In this document: positions 50,520 to 53,781 of the stretch, in pieces
How positions within the stretch are numbered: the first letter of the stretch is position 1
Layout of the letters: each line of letters begins with the position of its first letter
DNA from: Octopus bimaculoides
Lineage: Eukaryota
Direction of reading: 5' to 3'
DNA length: 53,781 nt
Assembly: GCF_001194135.2 (NCBI RefSeq)
Contig: NC_068998.1
Coordinates: 44,028,260 to 44,082,040 of the forward strand
Position numbers and translations under genes: made by a program
Notes under the pieces: model-generated
Seen by the model: the letters and a program-made list of their open reading frames with translations, nothing else
What the model was told of the DNA's origin: nothing
Databases searched by the model: none

Positions 50520-50997
50520 AGCCAGTGTCACATGACTGGCACTTGTGCTGGTGGTACATGATAAAAAGCACCCTTTGAATGTTGGGAGATGTGCTGTGCT
50601 TGAGAAGACCCATCATGCCAAGTGAAATTGTAGTCGTGGCCCTGGCACTTGTACCAGTGACATGTAAAAAGCACCCTTCAAACTTTGGGCCTCACAGAGG
50701 CAGTGACAAGTGAATGAGACCCTTGGTAATATGCTGTACTTGAGAAGACCAGTCAAGCCAAGTGAGATCATAGACATGACCAATGCCAGTGTTTTGTAAC
50801 TGGTACCTGTGCTGGTGGCATGTAAAAAGCACCAACTATATACACTCTTGGAGTGGTTGGTGTTAGAAAGGGCATCCAGCTGTAGAAACCAAGCCAAATC
50901 AGACTGGAACCTGGTGCAGCTCTCCAGCTTATCAGTTTCAGTTAAACTGTCTAACCCATACCAGCATGGAAACCGGACGTTAAAGGATGATGATGAT
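50520..50997 (+). mobile_element. Long family E copy with internal tandem modules
   Basis: Three ctgg..c.tgt(g/a)c..gtg..atg(a)taaaaagcacc units, then the standard E end and a GAT tail. Confidence 0.8.
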
Positions 50998-53477
50998 TAT
51001 TCCAAATGTGGTTAAAAGAAGTTTTACAGTATGGTAGTTAGACTTCAGAATGACGTGCAACGGTTTCGGTTTCTGTTTGAGCTATTTACATAATTCTCTG
51101 TCACATTCACTCTGGTTCAGAGACTTGAATACTTCTCGCTTGCAGCGTTGTATTATTCACATTCCTTTCTTGTATGTAGTACAAAAAAAAAACAAAAAAA
51201 AAGCTGAAGAGTCAATCTTTAACAAAATGTCAGTATTGCATTATTTGTTTTGAAAGAATTTTACCAAAAGCAATACATTAGAGTAGTAACAAATTTATGG
51301 TATATCCTATTCTTTCAGGATCTTACAGTAACAATGTAATACACCTAATCTTTCTCCTCTACAAAGAGAAATATTAGAGGACAGGCTAATGAGGGATTCC
51401 GTATATGATTGTAGAAACAGAATCAAAATCTCCTTCAAATCATATCCAGCTGCCTTCAAAAGAGGACATATTGAATAATGCAATCCATGTTATACTCTGT
51501 TTGAATAAAAGATGGAACGAACAAGGTTAATACTGTTGTTCATTGAAATTTTCTTTGATCGTAGATATTATAACCTTTGATCTGCTTAATCAGAACTGAC
51601 CTGGTTGTAAACAACAGCAAGATTACTTTTAGAACAATAATTCTTCACATAAAGACCACTTTGGCATCATAGTAACCACGTTGTTTAATCAGAGTGCGAC
51701 TATAAGTATTCCTATTGTAGGCCTAACTTGTATGAAGTTTTAACCTCAGAACTGTAATGTAAACTATACGTTGGTTAATTACAATGTTGTAGAAGATTGG
51801 TAAACTGGCAGAAACATAATCATTTTGGACAAGATTTACTTTGCAGCGCCATGGCAAATGGTGAAATAGTAAACTTTAATAGTCATGCTGTGTCGGGTTC
51901 AACTCTATAGTCTGGTGTTTTGGACAAATCTCTTCTACCATAGCTTTGAGTTGGCCAGTGCATTATGAGTGGAATTTGGTTGATGGAAACTCTGGAAAAG
52001 CTGTGTGTGTGTGTGTTAATGATTTATGCAGACATAGGCTATAAATATCAACAAGAAAACTGAGAAACCATTCTTTGTGAAACAGAGTCCCTTACATCAA
52101 GTTTGATCCTCCCTTGTCATCAGAAATGCAGTGAACCAATCATTGGCCTTTTGGAAATCTTTAACAAAGAACAACCAATGTTTACAAGTCGCTATATAAA
52201 ATAAATAAATCTAGTCTTATTTTTCCCTACTGTGAATTCATATTTCATCTTGATTGTCTTTACGTTGTAACCCCATGGAATTCTTTCTATAAATAATTGT
52301 TACATACTGGCATTAATTCAATGGACTAAACTGTGGTTATTTCAGTGTTTTGTGGAAAGAATTGAATTATAGTGTTCCTATTCTTTGCAGTGGTGAGCCA
52401 TTTCTCTCCGTTTTTTGATGGACTGTGAGATGCTGGTTCTTCAAGTTTTAGCTCATTTCACTGCAAACAACTCGGTTCACTGCTGCAATTCTTCTCAACT
52501 AACTTCAGAGTATTGGAGAGAAAAAAAAAAAAATGGATTTTTTGGATGAAATATTAAACACTTCTAAAAATATCACTGTAACAATAGGTGCCGAAAGGGA
52601 AAAAATGTAAATTATTAAATTGTTTCAGCTTTATTGTACTGGCAGCTGACAAATAATTAAGCTCAATTTTTATTAGGTATTAGTTCTGGTAAATCTATGC
52701 TGTTTATTTGTTGTAGATACCCCTACTTTCCTCTTGCCAAAAAAACAAACCAACAACTATTTACATCTCTTTTTTTTTTCTTATGTATTATTTTCTTGGT
52801 TCTTTTCTTTGTATTTATATTCCTTACAGTGTTAAATATGTATCAATATAGAGTTTTAATGGCCCAATGCCAATGTAAGAAATCTTATATCAAACATTAA
52901 CGATTACCACAGATCAAGAAGTAAATTCCGAATCTATCAGGTTTGCATTGCTTTTCTGTTTTAAAGCTGGGAAAATTCTCAGCTTCATTTCAAATGCTAG
53001 TACCCATCTCCTTTGAAAAGCTTGAATCTTACAACAATGACTTCCTATTTATCACAGCTTCTCCCAGCAAGCATTCCCTCTTTCTCTCTCCCTCTCCCTC
53101 TCGCCCTCTCTCTCTCCTTACACAAAAAAATTAGAAATTTTGTTTTTTTACTTCATATAAAGAATCTGTTCTTTAAAATGACAGTGGAGGTGCAGCAAAA
53201 ATAGTAAAATGTTGAATGAATGAAGAAAATCTTTTTTTTTTTTAGTATTAGCATCATACTTTCTCATTGTAAGTTCAAACACTACCGTGATCAATATTTG
53301 CCTTTGATTGTGTTGGGTTTCCTAAAATAAATATGTGTAAAATCTGAACTCAACCATTTGATAAATAGAAATCAATAGAATGAGCACCAGACAAAGTACT
53401 TAGGTCGATATGTTAAAGTCCCTTGAGGTTTCACCTCTAAAGGAGAGGTTAACACTTCAAAAATTTATAATTATACA

Positions 53478-53623
53478 TGTGGTAAGCAGCTTGCTTACCA
53501 ACCACATGGTTGCGGGTTTAGTCCCACTGCGTGGCACCTTGGGCCAGTGTCTTCTACTATAGCCTCGGGCCGACCAAAGCCTTGTGAGTGGATTTGGTAG
53601 ACAGAAACTGAAAGAAGCCCATC

Positions 53624-53671
<48 letters not shown>

Positions 53672-53781
53672 GTGTGTGTGTGTGTTTGTGTGTCTGTGTT
53701 TGTCCCCCCACCATCACTTGGTGGTGTGTTTTCGTCCCCGTAACTAAGCGGTTCGGCAAAAAAGACCAATAGAATAAGTAC
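53478..53781 (+). mobile_element. SINE family A (runs off the window end)
   Basis: tgtggtaagcagcttgcttaccaaccacatgg...aatagaataagtac. Confidence 0.92.

Noticed and set aside
52095-52123. CUGAUGA-CAAG...CUUG on the minus strand
   Set aside because: Stem II forms but is followed by AUGU rather than GAAA.

Overview
AT-rich, microsatellite-dense eukaryotic genomic DNA with nine N-gaps, most of them next to (TA)n runs. The repeat content (tRNA-headed SINEs, RTE LINE remnants, mariner and TTAA-CCC MITEs) is what I associate with Octopus genomes; this is an inference, not a database result. Almost all ORFs in the track are artefacts of microsatellites or N-runs. The only credible coding signal is a probable first coding exon at 15990-16200 (+) of an unidentified gene. 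It lies downstream of a promoter/5'UTR-like zone (about 10.4-16 kb) and is followed by what looks like a very long intron. The best finding is an apparently intact minimal type I hammerhead ribozyme at 30360-30407 (-), with a palindromic helix III as in Penelope-like elements. Two or three degenerate relatives (21381-21425, 30770-30850, possibly 29812-29866) and short fold-back elements bearing a CCGGTA motif next to (TA)n also occur. Together these suggest a ribozyme-bearing Penelope-like/retrozyme system. All coordinates and alignments were read by eye; repeat boundaries are approximate.
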